Positions 26,726-34,706 of a DNA stretch of 64,000 nucleotides are shown piece after piece. The stretch covers positions 9,815-73,814 of the forward strand of contig CAILUD010000101.1 in NCBI GenBank assembly GCA_903837285.1, in the 5' to 3' direction. A program made the translations under genes and the position numbers. How positions within the stretch are numbered: position 1 is the stretch's first letter; each line of letters starts with the position of its first letter. Source of the stretch: an uncultured Bacteroidota bacterium (GTDB lineage: Bacteria; Bacteroidota; Bacteroidia; Bacteroidales; GWA2-32-17). The notes under the pieces are model-generated. The model did no database searches, had not been told where the DNA came from, and saw only the letters and a list, made by a program, of their open reading frames with translations.

Positions 26726-28864
26726 TTATTTAGTCCTATCTATAATTATTTTTCCTGAATTGAAAATTTTTTGTCCTTTTATTCTATAATTATATAAACC
26801 TGTTTTTAAATTTACATCTGGATTATATTCCACCAATTGATTCCCTTGGATTATCTTCTTATTTGTTATATCAACAAGTTTTCCATTAATATCAAATAAC
26901 TCTATCAATACATTATCTTCTATATTACTATATAATTCAAATTTTATTGTTTCAAAAAATGGATTAGGATAAGTTTTAATAGAAGAGTATTTTTCATTAC
27001 TATTTTCTGGAACATTTGTATTTAGAGCATTTCCAAATGAAACAAAATTTCCATTATTCCCAATTATGTAACCTGAAGAATCATTTACTAACAAAATTGA
27101 TTTTAAGGAATTATCTGTAAAACTTTTTTGTAATACCCAACTTACACCCCCATCATTTGTATGTAGAATTTGTCCAAAAACACTTACAGCATATCCGTTC
27201 ATGCTATCAATAAAATTAAAAGAACTGAATTTATTATACCAACTATTATTGGTATTTGCATAAATAGTAACCCAATTAAAACCACCATCATTAGTTTTTA
27301 ATACAATATTTGCTTGAAAAGAACTTCCAGCTAACAAAAATCCAGTATTGTCATTTACAAAAACCATATCAACAAATGGTGATGATATGTTAAGTGGAAG
27401 TAAAGACCAATTATTTCCTGCATTAGTTGTATAATACAATTTTCCAGTTGTCCATCCACCAAGAAGAAAACCTACTGAATTATTTTTAAAATAAACTTTA
27501 TTAAGATAAGGCCAAGGTCCACTTTGATCAATCCAGTTAATTCCATCATTTGTTTTACACAAAACACCCCAAGTAATTGTTCCTAAAGGATTTTGACCTC
27601 CACCTACCATAAATCCTAATGATTCATTTACCATGGTAATATCATTATAAGTTTGAGGAAGACTAGAAGTAATCCAAGTTAAACCAGAATCTACTGTTTT
27701 TTTTACCTTATGTCCATATTCAGTTATTGCGTATCCAATAGTAGAATTTACAAATTGAGCAGCTATGCAATAATTTAGCTCTGGAACAATAGAAGTCTGC
27801 CAATTTACTCCGTTATCGCTCGTCTTAATTAATGTATTATCACCTACTACAAAAATGTGGTTGTTGTCAACTTTATCAATTGAGCACAAATTTTTATTGG
27901 GTCCATTTTGAGTATTTATAAATGTTGTGCCATAATCATTAGATACAAACGTTGCACCTCCACTACCAACAATACAAATCGAGCTATCATTTTTTATGCA
28001 AATAGAACATAAAGAGCTAGATGTATTTAAGTTAAACGAGCTCCAAGTTTGGCCACCATCTTCAGTTTTTGAATAACGACCAGAAACTTGACTTGCCAAA
28101 CCAATTTGTGGATTAATAAATTTTATTGAATACGTATGATTACTTTGTACTAAATTCATAGAAGTCCAATTATTACCTCCATCAATTGTTTTAACAGCAT
28201 AACCACTAATTCCTGTAGCAAAACCAATCAGAGTATCTATAAAATCTGTAGTATAAAAACACTGATTAAGGGAATCTGTAAGCAATATCCAACTATCGCC
28301 TCCATCAATCGATTTTAAAACCAAACCATCATTTTGATTTTGATCTCCCCCAACTATATAACCAATTGAATTACTGGGAAAATCGATTGAAAATAAATAT
28401 CCGTTAACATTACTTACAATAATATTCCATTGTATACCACCGTCTGTTGTTTTTAATATTATTCCATTTTTCCCACAAGTACTACCAGTTAAACTATCTG
28501 TAAAAAAAACGGAATACAAATTATCAAAAACGCCTGATATTGAAGTTGTCCAATTTGCACCAGAATCAGTTGTTTTTATAATTATACCCGAATCACCTAC
28601 AGCAAAACCATAGCTATCATTAATAAAATAAACGCCATTTAATTTTTTTGTAGTATTTGAATTAAGAATAGTCCAATTTAAGCCACCATCAATAGTTTTT
28701 AAAACAGTTCCAAAATTCCCAACAGAATAACCAATATTGTCATTAACAAAACAAACAGAATTAAGTGTATTTCCCTGTGGTTTTGGATTTATCCAATTAT
28801 ACTGGGAATAGCACATTATGGAATAAAGTGCTAAAATCAATATGGAAATTAATTTTTTAATCAT
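26726..28864 (-). CDS. BNR/Asp-box beta-propeller protein (Ycf48-like repeats) with T9SS type-A C-terminal domain
   Basis: 712 aa with signal peptide. About 13 Asp-box motifs (T.DGG.NW, e.g. TIDGGLNWT, TTDSGANWT, TEDGGQTWS). C-terminal YPNPF...GLYNYRI tail. Confidence 0.8.
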   Translation of the reverse strand: MIKKLISILILALYSIMCYSQYNWINPKPQGNTLNSVCFVNDNIGYSVGNFGTVLKTIDGGLNWTILNSNTTKKLNGVYFINDSYGFAVGDSGIIIKTTDSGANWTTSISGVFDNLYSVFFTDSLTGSTCGKNGIILKTTDGGIQWNIIVSNVNGYLFSIDFPSNSIGYIVGGDQNQNDGLVLKSIDGGDSWILLTDSLNQCFYTTDFIDTLIGFATGISGYAVKTIDGGNNWTSMNLVQSNHTYSIKFINPQIGLASQVSGRYSKTEDGGQTWSSFNLNTSSSLCSICIKNDSSICIVGSGGATFVSNDYGTTFINTQNGPNKNLCSIDKVDNNHIFVVGDNTLIKTSDNGVNWQTSIVPELNYCIAAQFVNSTIGYAITEYGHKVKKTVDSGLTWITSSLPQTYNDITMVNESLGFMVGGGQNPLGTITWGVLCKTNDGINWIDQSGPWPYLNKVYFKNNSVGFLLGGWTTGKLYYTTNAGNNWSLLPLNISSPFVDMVFVNDNTGFLLAGSSFQANIVLKTNDGGFNWVTIYANTNNSWYNKFSSFNFIDSMNGYAVSVFGQILHTNDGGVSWVLQKSFTDNSLKSILLVNDSSGYIIGNNGNFVSFGNALNTNVPENSNEKYSSIKTYPNPFFETIKFELYSNIEDNVLIELFDINGKLVDITNKKIIQGNQLVEYNPDVNLKTGLYNYRIKGQKIFNSGKIIIDRTK

Positions 28865-28877
28865 GTAGTATTTATTA

Positions 28878-29069
28878 ATTCAAATCCTAAGAATTAGGCT
28901 AATCAAAATTAAACAATAACAATTTCAAAAACAAACTATTATTCCGTAATATTTAATAAATCAGGATATTTAAACTTATAGTTTAATTTCTCACTTAACT
29001 TTTTGTTTGATACCATTTTATTTTCACTTATTTTAATTTCATCAAATACTGGCAATTCAATACCAATAT
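28878..29069. repeat. Direct repeat copy B (authentic gene 3-prime end plus intergenic promoter)
   Basis: See copy A. Covers the intergenic 28878-28938 and the last about 44 codons of the 28939..29778 gene. Confidence 0.85.
28904..28935 (-). promoter_or_regulatory. Candidate promoter (TTTG-N20-TAATTTTG on minus strand) for the BNR gene
   Basis: Plus strand shows CAAAATTA at 28904-28911 and CAAA at 28932-28935. The -7 box is 40 nt upstream of the start at 28864. Confidence 0.5.
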
Positions 29070-29778
29070 CTAAAGCAGCTTTTGTATAAAATTCTCTTTT
29101 AGTTGGGTGTGTATCTGCACAACCATTAAAAATTTCGTTCCAAATTTCTTTTTCAATAATTGCTTCAATAATACCAATGCAATCATCGCGGTGTATCATA
29201 TTTACCGCAGAGTCTGGATTATCAATAATTCTTCCTTTGGGATAGAATAATCCAGGTTTTCGGTTATAACCAATTAACCCTCCAAATCTGATTACAGTAG
29301 TTTTAAAACTGTTATTTGTTATAAATATATTTTCAATTTCGGCTAATGCAGAATTAATCACAGGAGTTTCTTCGGTAATTAGTTCGTTTGAATTTGCATA
29401 AACAGAAGTAGAGCTAACAAATAACACAAATTTAACTGTTGATTTTTCAATATACTTTGCTAATGTTTTAAAACCTTCTATATCTTTTGATGGCACTGCA
29501 ATGATTAATATTTCTGAACTTAAGAATTCTAAAATATCAGATGATACAGTATCCAATTTTATTAAATATGGTTTAATACCGAGAGCAGATAATTTCTGCA
29601 TTTTGTTTTCAGAAGTAGTTGAGCCGTTTACCGAATATTTATTATTCACAGAGTCCCTTTCAGGAGACTCTGCGAGACCCAGAAAGTCCCTTTCAGGAGA
29701 CTCCGTGAGACCCAGAAAATGAACGGCTAATGGTTCACCTAGCCAGCCACAGCCAAATATGCTAATTGAGTTTTTCAC
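28939..29778 (-). CDS. NAD(P)-binding Rossmann-fold (SDR/epimerase-like) protein carrying an in-frame 22-aa repeat insertion
   Basis: 279 aa. N-terminal ISIFGCGWLGEPLA glycine-rich motif, then ...GSTTS, VLFVSSTSVY. The GLTESPERDFL GLAESPERDSV insert is encoded by family-A elements. Confidence 0.75.
   Translation of the reverse strand: MKNSISIFGCGWLGEPLAVHFLGLTESPERDFLGLAESPERDSVNNKYSVNGSTTSENKMQKLSALGIKPYLIKLDTVSSDILEFLSSEILIIAVPSKDIEGFKTLAKYIEKSTVKFVLFVSSTSVYANSNELITEETPVINSALAEIENIFITNNSFKTTVIRFGGLIGYNRKPGLFYPKGRIIDNPDSAVNMIHRDDCIGIIEAIIEKEIWNEIFNGCADTHPTKREFYTKAALDIGIELPVFDEIKISENKMVSNKKLSEKLNYKFKYPDLLNITE
29648..29717. repeat. REP-like element family A, two tandem 33-nt units, inside the CDS
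   Basis: CACAGAGTCCCTTTCAGGAGACTCTGCGAGAC, then a second unit starting at 29685 (AGTCCCTTTCAGGAGACTCCGTGAGACCCAGAA). Each unit contains a GAGTC...GACTC inverted repeat. Confidence 0.8.
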
Positions 29779-29840
29779 TTTTTGTTATTTATTTGTTGGA
29801 GGTAAATTCAACAAGGGGACAAAGATAATGTATTTAAAAT

Positions 29841-30030
29841 GGGATTATAAATCCCAGATTATTTACTTTCGGATTACAAATCCGAAAGAGCGAAGGAAAT
29901 GGTTCGTGAGGACACGAACCAAGGAAAGATGTTAAAAACTTGCACCAATCGAGGGGATTGCGGGTCGAGCCCGCAATGACGTGTTTTTTTATTTGTATTT
30001 TGTTATCTTAAAGTGTGTCACAGACCATGG
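29841..30030. repeat. Cluster of short GC-rich hairpin modules downstream of the histidine kinase gene
   Basis: GGGATT-ATA-AATCCC (29841-29855). CTTTCGGATT-ACA-AATCCGAAAG (29866-29888). GGTTCGTG-AGGA-CACGAACC (29901-29920). ATTGCGGG-TCGAG-CCCGCAAT (29957-29977). CACAGACCATGG half-site (30019-30030). Confidence 0.8.
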
Positions 30031-30057
30031 TGTTTGAAGTAATTATGTTTGGTATTA

Positions 30058-33000
30058 TTAAAAGTACTTTTCAATTAATTCATAAAGTGCAGCTTTACTA
30101 TATGGTTTTGAAATATAATCGTTACAACCAGCCTCTATTGCTTTTTCTCTGTCGCCTGCAAGGGCGTAAGCGGTTTGTGCAAAAATAATTACATTTTTAT
30201 TAAATTCTCTAATTCGCTTTGTTGCTTCGTATCCATTTAATTTAGGAATTTTAATATCCATTAAAATTAAATTAATTTCGGGGTTACTAAAACAACTATG
30301 AACTGCTTCTAAACCATCTCTGGCAATAAAAATTTGATTGTCATACTGCTCCACCATTATTGTAATTATCTGTTCGGCTGCAGGATCGTCTTCTACCAAT
30401 AATATTTTGAGATTTTTTAATTTGTTATTTTTTACGCTTTCTGTAACAATATCATCAACAATTAAATTTTCTTTTTGTTGGTTGTTATAAGGGATAGTAA
30501 AATAAAATGTGGAGCCTTTATCTATAATACTTTCTACCCAAATTTTACCACCAAGCATTTCGACATATGCTTTTGAAATTGATAATCCTAGTCCAGCCCC
30601 TTCATAGCCCCTGGAAGTATCTTCGCTTCCTTGTCTGAATCTTTCAAAAATAATTTCCCTTTTTTCATATGAAATTCCGGTACCAGTATCTTTTACATAG
30701 AATTGAATAAATTCATTTTTTATTATATAACCAATTTCTATAAATCCTTTATGGGTAAATTTTATTGCATTTTTAACTAAGTTTGTTAAAATAGCAAAAA
30801 CCTTTTCTCTATCAGTTGTAAATTGGGCTTCTGCAGGACTTAATTCATTTTTTAAAATTAATTTAATTCCTTTAGCTTGGGCTTCCTGCTTAAAAAAGTT
30901 GTAAATATAATCAGTTTGCTCATTAGCATTTGATGTTGAAATATTAACCTCAACCATTCCTGCCTCTACCTTTGAAATGTTAACAATATCATTAATTAAG
31001 TTTAACATTCGTTTTCCACTGCTTTCTATAATAGCAATATACTCTTGTTGTTTTTCGATTGATAAATCGGGCGTTTTGAGCAAATCGGCAAAACCCAAAA
31101 TACCATTCATTGGAGTGCGAATTTCGTGGCTCATATTTGCTAAGAATGCAGATTTTACACGATCACTTTCTTCGGCTTTTTCTTTGGATATTGTTAATTC
31201 TTTTTCAATTTGTTTACGATCCGTGATATCCATATTTAAACCGATAAACGAAACAGTCTTGCCCGAAGTGTCTTTTTGAGGAATTGCTAATCCATATATC
31301 CAAGTGACTTTACCTTCTTGATTTATAAATCGGTATTCCATACCCCAATGGCCTTCAGATTCGACCATTTTTTCCCATTTTGAAAAAACAGTTTCGCGAT
31401 CATCTGGATGCAAGCCATTAATCCAACCTTTTCCAAGTGCTTCTTGCGAACTAAGTCCTGCCATTTCATTCCAACGCAGATTAGTATATAAACAATTACC
31501 TTGTGGGTCGGTAAGGTAAATTCCTGCAGGTATAAGCATGTTAAGAATACGAAATTTTTCTTCGCTCTCTTGCAACACTTTTTCTGCCATTTTGCGCTCT
31601 GTTATATCCTGAAAAGAACCAGCAATAGATTTTGTTTTTCCATTCTCTATATAAGGAGTTGCAATTGCATTTACCCAACGTATATTACCTTTTGCAGTAA
31701 CAACTTGCCATTCCTGATTATAAGATTCACCAAATTCAATTGCTCTTTGAATTCCTTGCAATGCCATAGACTGAAATTCGGGTACAATAAATTCCATTCC
31801 TTCTGGAACATTGGGTGCTCCGTTTGATAAATCAAATTCTAAAATATTAAATATTTCAACAGACCAGACTTGATTCATTGTGTCAACATCAATTTTCCAA
31901 CCACCGATTTTAGCAGCCTTTTCAATAGCTTTTAGCGTCTCGTAACTTTTATACAGCTTTTGTTCCGCAAGTTTGCGCTCTGTTATATCAATTGCAGTTG
32001 TTAGGTTTAAAATTACTTTACCGTTTTCATCTTTTATTGGATTTGCTTTTGCTAAAAAATACAATGTTCTGTCGGGCAAAGGAACAGAAACTTCAATCGT
32101 TTGAACTTCTCCGGTGCGAAACATTTCTTTAACCGCTACAAAACGATGATCGGCTTCTTCTTTTGGGTAAATATCCCAGAAAGTTTTTCCAATAAAATAG
32201 TCGGGAGTTTTGCCGAATGTTGATGCAAATATCCGATTGACAAATTTATATTCACCTTTTTCATCAACGCAAAAAACAACATCATTGGTATTCTCAATAA
32301 GAGAACGATATTTTAATTCACTTTCTTTAAGTTTTTTTTCTGTATTTTTGCGAATTGTTATATCATGTATAATTGAAAAAAGAATATGTTTATTTGCATA
32401 TTCAATGGAAGAAGAATGTACTTCTACTTTTCGAATTTCGCCAGAAGCTAATTTATGGTCGAATAAAAAATAGTTTCGCTCATCGTTTAAAGCTTTTGTA
32501 CGTTCTTCCTTAATTTTTTCTGGAGTTAATATATTAATATCATTAATTGATTTTAAACATAATTCAGAAATAGAATAACCATAATAGGAAGATGCTGATT
32601 TATTTGCATTAATAATATTTCCACTTTCAGGTTCTATTAAAAGCATTATAGAACTGTGGTTTTCAAACATATTTTTAAATCTGGATTCGCTTTCCTTTAA
32701 GGCTTCTTCTGTTTTCTTGCGCTCTGTTATATCAACAATAGTGGTAATAAGATTTTGTAGTTCTCCGTTTTTATTTAGCATAGCAGATGAACTAACATCA
32801 GCCCATATTATAGACCCATTTTTATGAATGAATCTTTTATTAAATCTTACATTATCAACTTCGCCAGTTTTGATTTTATTAACTTCATTTTGTGTAAGTT
32901 CAATATCATCGGGATGCGTTATTTTTTGCCAGTTTATATTTTGAAGTTCGAGTTTATTGTAACCTAATAAATCACAAAAAGCAATATTTACATTAACCTC

Positions 33001-33084
33001 TCCATTAAGCGATGTAATTGATTTACCGACATTAGAGCAGTCGAAAACAAGTTTGAATAATTCGTCATTTTCCTTATTTTCCAT
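30058..33084 (-). CDS. Hybrid sensor histidine kinase / response regulator with multiple PAS domains
   Basis: 1008 aa. About 5-6 PAS/PAC units (recurring DITERK). H-box SHEIRTPMNGILGF. N/G boxes KNAIKFT, DTGTGI, GAGLGLSISK. C-terminal receiver (ILLVEDD...MDIKIPKLNG...K). Confidence 0.9.
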   Translation of the reverse strand: MENKENDELFKLVFDCSNVGKSITSLNGEVNVNIAFCDLLGYNKLELQNINWQKITHPDDIELTQNEVNKIKTGEVDNVRFNKRFIHKNGSIIWADVSSSAMLNKNGELQNLITTIVDITERKKTEEALKESESRFKNMFENHSSIMLLIEPESGNIINANKSASSYYGYSISELCLKSINDINILTPEKIKEERTKALNDERNYFLFDHKLASGEIRKVEVHSSSIEYANKHILFSIIHDITIRKNTEKKLKESELKYRSLIENTNDVVFCVDEKGEYKFVNRIFASTFGKTPDYFIGKTFWDIYPKEEADHRFVAVKEMFRTGEVQTIEVSVPLPDRTLYFLAKANPIKDENGKVILNLTTAIDITERKLAEQKLYKSYETLKAIEKAAKIGGWKIDVDTMNQVWSVEIFNILEFDLSNGAPNVPEGMEFIVPEFQSMALQGIQRAIEFGESYNQEWQVVTAKGNIRWVNAIATPYIENGKTKSIAGSFQDITERKMAEKVLQESEEKFRILNMLIPAGIYLTDPQGNCLYTNLRWNEMAGLSSQEALGKGWINGLHPDDRETVFSKWEKMVESEGHWGMEYRFINQEGKVTWIYGLAIPQKDTSGKTVSFIGLNMDITDRKQIEKELTISKEKAEESDRVKSAFLANMSHEIRTPMNGILGFADLLKTPDLSIEKQQEYIAIIESSGKRMLNLINDIVNISKVEAGMVEVNISTSNANEQTDYIYNFFKQEAQAKGIKLILKNELSPAEAQFTTDREKVFAILTNLVKNAIKFTHKGFIEIGYIIKNEFIQFYVKDTGTGISYEKREIIFERFRQGSEDTSRGYEGAGLGLSISKAYVEMLGGKIWVESIIDKGSTFYFTIPYNNQQKENLIVDDIVTESVKNNKLKNLKILLVEDDPAAEQIITIMVEQYDNQIFIARDGLEAVHSCFSNPEINLILMDIKIPKLNGYEATKRIREFNKNVIIFAQTAYALAGDREKAIEAGCNDYISKPYSKAALYELIEKYF

Positions 33085-33175
33085 TTAATAGCTTTTTTAA
33101 GTTTTGACTAATCAAATATATAACTTTTATTGAGTTGAAAAAATATGTTGTAAAATTTATTTAGAGCGGCAAAGG

Positions 33176-33566
33176 ATGGTCTGTCAGTCACAGACCATGG
33201 GGACGGGAGACCATACAGCTTGTGAAAGATCGTAGTTATAAACTACGATGAGTATTGGTGGATAATTATAACTTTATCGTCATTGCGGGCTTGACCTCAA
33301 TGTCATTAACTTAAGCTCAGACTTCCTGTAGTTCTCGATTGAACTCGAACTAGCATTATAGTTATAGCTCCAAGCTCCTTTACTGAGGATAAACAAATTC
33401 TATTTGCTTCTTCGAGTGCGAAGCGTATCGAGAAGTAAGCAAATGGGTTAACGAAATGAAATTTTCTTAAGTCAATGACATTGGGCTTGACCTGCCATCT
33501 CAGTAGATTGCGGGTCGAGCCCGCAATGACGTTAATAATCCGTGGTCTGTGTGGCACAGACCATGG
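33176..33566. repeat. About 390-bp non-coding mosaic of hairpin modules (same families as 29841-30030)
   Basis: ATGGTCTGT-CAGTC-ACAGACCAT (33176-33198). ATCGTAGTT-ATA-AACTACGAT (33229-33249). Inverted partial CGTCATTGCGGGC (33278-33290). GGGCTTGACCT twice (33287-33297, 33483-33493). 27-nt module at 33506-33532 identical to 29956-29982. GGTCTGTG-TGG-CACAGACC (33544-33562). Confidence 0.8.
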
Positions 33567-33575
33567 GATAAGGGA

Positions 33576-34574
33576 TTACTTAACTTCTCCTACAAAAGTT
33601 TTAACGTATTCTTCCCACTTTTTAGTTAAATATGAATCATCTTTAAAGAAGTGCAAAACAGGTTCTACATTTTTTGGAAGAAAATAACCAGGAACTAATG
33701 ATATTAATTGATTTTGTCCATTAATAAAGACCATTTGCGGCACATTCATTTTACCGCCTAAAAGCGAAACAGCAAATTGATGATAAGGATGTTCTTTTTG
33801 CTCATTAATAAATATGGCACCATTAAATCTAACAGTATCTTTAGAGGTTATATCAAACTTTACAGGATAATAATTTTCGTTAAGGTATTTAGCAATGATT
33901 TCCTGATTAAAAGTAGTGCTTATCATTATTTTGCAGTCTATGCACCATTCATGGTAAAGAAAAACAATAATTTTTTTAGGATTTTTTTGATTTAGTTTTT
34001 CTGCTTTTTCAAGAGTTACCCATTTTACTTTCTCAACAAAGGGTACAGTATCTTTAAACGTTTTGTTAAAATTATCTTTAAATTCATTAAAAGGAGCTAC
34101 TTTATAAATATCTCTTGAAAAGAAAATAAGTACTGGCTCAATATCCGAAGGTGTCATATAGCCAGGAACAGCGCTTAACGGGTTTAAATTTTCATCTAAA
34201 TAAACAATAGTCGGGTACGACATTTTTCCGCCTAACAATTCAACTGCCAGTTCGTGAGGCGGGCGATTTCCAGTACTCTTATTTACATATTGTTTATCTT
34301 TAAATGTAATTGTATCACGAGTTTCGGCATCAAACTTTACAAGGTAAAAATTATCAGTTAAATATTTTGAAATAGCAGGATTGTTAAATGTTTCGGCATC
34401 CATTTTTTTACACCAACCGCACCAATCGGTGTACATATCAATAAAAATTTTTTTAGGATTCTTTTTTGATAATTCCATGGCTTCTTTTAACGAATACCAT
34501 TTTAGTTCGGGTTGCTGAGCCCAAAGACTAACTGAATATAATGTTATTACAAATATCAGAATTACTGTTTTCAT
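33576..34574 (-). CDS. Exported tandem thioredoxin-fold protein (two thioredoxin-like domains)
   Basis: 332 aa with signal peptide. Internal duplication: domain 1 has WCGWCKKMD, domain 2 has WCIDCKIM. Both end with PGY..P...EPVL.FF. Confidence 0.7.
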   Translation of the reverse strand: MKTVILIFVITLYSVSLWAQQPELKWYSLKEAMELSKKNPKKIFIDMYTDWCGWCKKMDAETFNNPAISKYLTDNFYLVKFDAETRDTITFKDKQYVNKSTGNRPPHELAVELLGGKMSYPTIVYLDENLNPLSAVPGYMTPSDIEPVLIFFSRDIYKVAPFNEFKDNFNKTFKDTVPFVEKVKWVTLEKAEKLNQKNPKKIIVFLYHEWCIDCKIMISTTFNQEIIAKYLNENYYPVKFDITSKDTVRFNGAIFINEQKEHPYHQFAVSLLGGKMNVPQMVFINGQNQLISLVPGYFLPKNVEPVLHFFKDDSYLTKKWEEYVKTFVGEVK

Positions 34575-34583
34575 TAAATCTTG

Positions 34584-34706
34584 GTTGAAAGTTTATAAAG
34601 TTTTAAAAGTTAAAAAGGTTATTAAGTTAATCGGTTATTGGGTTAATAAGTTAATAAGTTACTAAGTTACTAAGTTATTGGGTTATTAAGTTACTAGTTA
34701 AAAGTT
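34584..34706. repeat. Degenerate tandem array with 8-nt period (A[AT]TARGTT-like units)
   Basis: GTT recurs at exact 8-nt spacing nine consecutive times between 34618 and 34690, with 7- or 9-nt spacing on the flanks. Spans the hisS stop (34675-34677) and the region upstream of the thioredoxin-fold gene. Confidence 0.8.

Noticed and set aside
29501-29722. 73-aa + strand ORF containing SLSGDSARPRK SLSGDSVRPRK
   Set aside because: It is antisense to the well-supported Rossmann-fold gene. The repeat is simply the family-A element read on the other strand.
21900-29800. The T9SS cargo islet as a mobile element or genomic island with integrase
   Set aside because: No integrase, transposase, tRNA attachment site or terminal inverted repeats were found. 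The only mobility signatures are the family-A elements and the 180-bp direct repeat, which are reported separately.
29841-30030. Possible CRISPR array or tRNA in the GC-rich hairpin clusters (also 33176-33566)
   Set aside because: The palindromes all differ from one another. There is no constant repeat alternating with spacers of fixed length, and no cas genes are present. GGTTCGTG-AGGA-CACGAACC looks superficially like a T-arm but lacks acceptor, D and anticodon arms.
33306-33687. ORF-track ORFs 33306..33557 (-) and 33475..33687 (+) in the long spacer upstream of the histidine kinase gene
   Set aside because: Both lie entirely in the palindromic hairpin mosaic. They overlap each other and the 3-prime end of the thioredoxin-fold gene, and their sequence is dictated by the repeats (for example RVEPAMT from ATTGCGGGTCGAGCCCGCAAT). 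They have no plausible start context.
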